Shown here: positions 61,720-64,000 of the stretch, in pieces
Layout of the letters: every line of letters begins with the position of its first letter
Numbering within the stretch: position 1 is the stretch's first letter
Assembly (NCBI GenBank): GCA_965644265.1
Contig: OZ286473.1
Coordinates: 31,124,001 to 31,188,000 of the forward strand
Direction: 5' to 3'
DNA from: Glycera tridactyla
Lineage: Eukaryota
Length of the DNA stretch: 64,000 nt
The notes under the pieces: generated by a model
The model's database searches: none
The model's input: the letters and a program-made list of their open reading frames with translations, nothing else
Told to the model about the DNA's origin: nothing
Position numbers and translations under genes: made by a program

Positions 61720-62075
61720 TCATCAAGTCATTCATTCATTCATCCATTCATCCATTCATCCATCCATCCATCAATTCAATCATTCAATCATTCATTTGTT
61801 TATATTTCTTCATTTATCAATATATTCATTCATTCATGTATTCTTTCATTTATTCATCTATTCATTCATCCATTCACTCATTCAGTCTTTCAGTCATCCA
61901 TCAAGTCATTCATCCATTCCTCCATCCATCCATCCATCTATCCATTCATCCATCCATCCATCCATCCATCCATCCATCCATCAATCTATCCATCCATACA
62001 TCCATCATTCATCCATTGAATCATTCATTCATGGATTTATTCATGTATTCATTCATCCATTCATCCACGTACTCA
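61720..62075. repeat. (CCAT/TCAT)n microsatellite
   Basis: Direct observation. Confidence 0.95.
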
Positions 62076-63799
62076 TCATACACTGCTTCATGCAGGGTTC
62101 ATTAAAGTGCGGTGAGGAGTCAATGTTGTTACACCAATCTCCATCTTCTAGGTCACTGTCAGCATCGTTATCATGATTAGCATCATCATTATGGCTTCTC
62201 CCATCACTGACACCACCACCAACACCAGCACCACCACCATAACAACAGCCCATGCCCCCCCCCCCCCCCTCTCCCTGTCAGCCTCAGAAAAAGGTCAGGC
62301 TGCAACTGCTTGGTGACTACCACGTAATGCGAGATGACATCTATACTCCAACAAATTCCATCTGACGGAAACGTTTCCATCACTCCAGTTGTGATTTCTC
62401 ACCCGAGTTGAGTTTTGATAGCTTAAGTTGATTGCATATGTCTAGCGGCGATCAGTGAACTGTGTTTAAGGTTATCTGTGTGCCTTTTAAAAAGATACAC
62501 TCGCATTTCGTCGCATTTATACGGCGAAATTGCCGCCATTATCGACTGATCTTCCCCCATGTGAACCAATAGAGATAATGCCGCCGCACTCGCCGTGGAA
62601 CCTGCGTGAAATTTATATATCTGGTTCGCTGTCGTGAAATATACAAATGGACTTCCCCTTGACCATCGTCGCCGCATATTTAGACAGTCTGTCAGCGAGT
62701 TTCATTTCATTCCTTTTCATACTACCAATACCAGAGCGAAAAATGTACCCGTCACGAGTAGATTTAGCATAAATGCGACCTGGATTCGGTTTCTTTAAGG
62801 TGTGGTTGTGCTCAAAATTGGCTTTGTTGTGTCCAATTTCTGGATTTCCCAGGAAGCCACAATGATTGAGATCATCTGCCTCAATTTGGCGTCAACCTAT
62901 ATGTAACATATATGCGTTATCATGTGGTTCTTCATTGAGTCATCCACTCACACTTATATGTAGTGGCAAGTTAGGTGCATACACTCTGGGTTTCAACTGA
63001 TCAGCACTGTTGACAACAATGAGCATGGCTCCTCCTGGGATGGATGACCCAAAATGGAAAAGGTCCACGATTCCATACCGGGCCTGCAAAATCACGCAGA
63101 TCTGTATGATCTGTGCTACATACTGAGGAGACACATCTGTGTGGAGGTAACTGAGTGGAACCTCTGTACTCCACAACTTCACTTCACCCAGGTGTGAATG
63201 GGTACTTGGCTATAGGCAGTGATGATGATTGTAGATTGTTTAGCCCGTGCAGTCAACTCTGTGTCTGTGGCTGTATACTTACCAGAGGGATGTGATAGGC
63301 TAAAGCTTGAAGAGGTCTGCCGATGGATGTAATTGTGAGGTCGTGTGAACTTGCTAAGGATATCAGACTATGAAACACTACACTTGTATTTACATATCCT
63401 TAGCCTTTCGAAAGTTTGTACCTCAGCTGCCAATATAAAAGCTGAGCAAGGACCCACCGTCGCGAGAATCGCCCGCAGGGGTGTTCCGCTCTTGAACTAG
63501 TTGTCTTTTTATCAGAAAATGGCGCAAAAGACAGAATAAAACAAGAGAAGAAGGAAGTAACCTTGTGATACACCAGTAATATATCTCTGATGCATATTGC
63601 TGACAATTGACGCATGACTTTATTATCTTATAATCCTGACTGGATTGAGGAGGCGTTAGGCGTCACTCAATCGACCAATCAATTTTGTGTAGATTGTAGA
63701 AGAGACCGGTTCAGAGTCGTTTCTATAACACAGTGTGAACGTTTCGATCTGTTTCTCTCACACAGCGTGACAGTTTCAAGTCATTTATGTTACACCGTG

Positions 63800-63935
63800 C
63801 GTCTGTTTCAGGTGGTTACGTCCACACAGTATTACACAGAGCATTTGTTTCAGTTTGTTTCAGTTCCACAGTGTGCCTGTTTCAGTTTGTTTCAGTTCCA
63901 CAGTGTGCCTGTTACAGGTTGTTTCAGTTCCACAA
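63800..63935. repeat. Short degenerate tandem repeat (TGTTTCAGTT..CCACAGTGTGCC)
   Basis: Direct observation. Confidence 0.7.
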
Positions 63936-64000
63936 TGCGCCTCTTCCGGCTGTTTCTCTTACATAGTGCAACAGTTTGAAGTTATTCCAATTTCCCGATG

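Noticed and set aside
61299-62176. 268-aa and 199-aa ORFs
   Set aside because: Read through a (CCAT/TCAT)n microsatellite.
62870-63340. Coding-like composition near the window end
   Set aside because: All frames are interrupted; no motif or convincing splice pair recognised.

Overview
Eukaryotic, AT-rich, repeat-dense DNA. The repeat types suggest a marine invertebrate, but I cannot name the species. There are three N-gaps (5066-5229, 24238-24454, 25638-25774). I found no intact host protein-coding gene, rRNA, tRNA or CRISPR array. Main content: (1) the end of a decayed Academ-type DNA transposon (1-1860, -). (2) A young but broken ~8.5 kb CR1-group LINE (9903-18370, -) with an unusual three-ORF layout: long coiled-coil/RRM ORF1, a separate SGNH-esterase ORF, then APE-RT. 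(3) A Neptune-like Penelope element (26057-32379, -) with ~120-bp direct terminal repeats, a long upstream ORF, RT, C-terminal GIY-YIG and a candidate hammerhead ribozyme. (4) A CpG-rich cluster of long hairpins (19.8-21.3 kb) whose shared loop resembles Eulor/Crypton non-autonomous elements. (5) Several Helentron-type non-autonomous elements (HINEs), two with ~147-bp internal arrays. (6) Ten copies of one SINE-like family, TA-flanked MITEs, and many mini- and microsatellites. (7) Three families of decayed, unidentified coding-like sequence. The most striking window-scale pattern is orientation: all ten SINE-like copies, the LINE, the PLE and the Academ remnant lie on the minus strand. All family assignments rest on motif recognition by eye; no database search was run.
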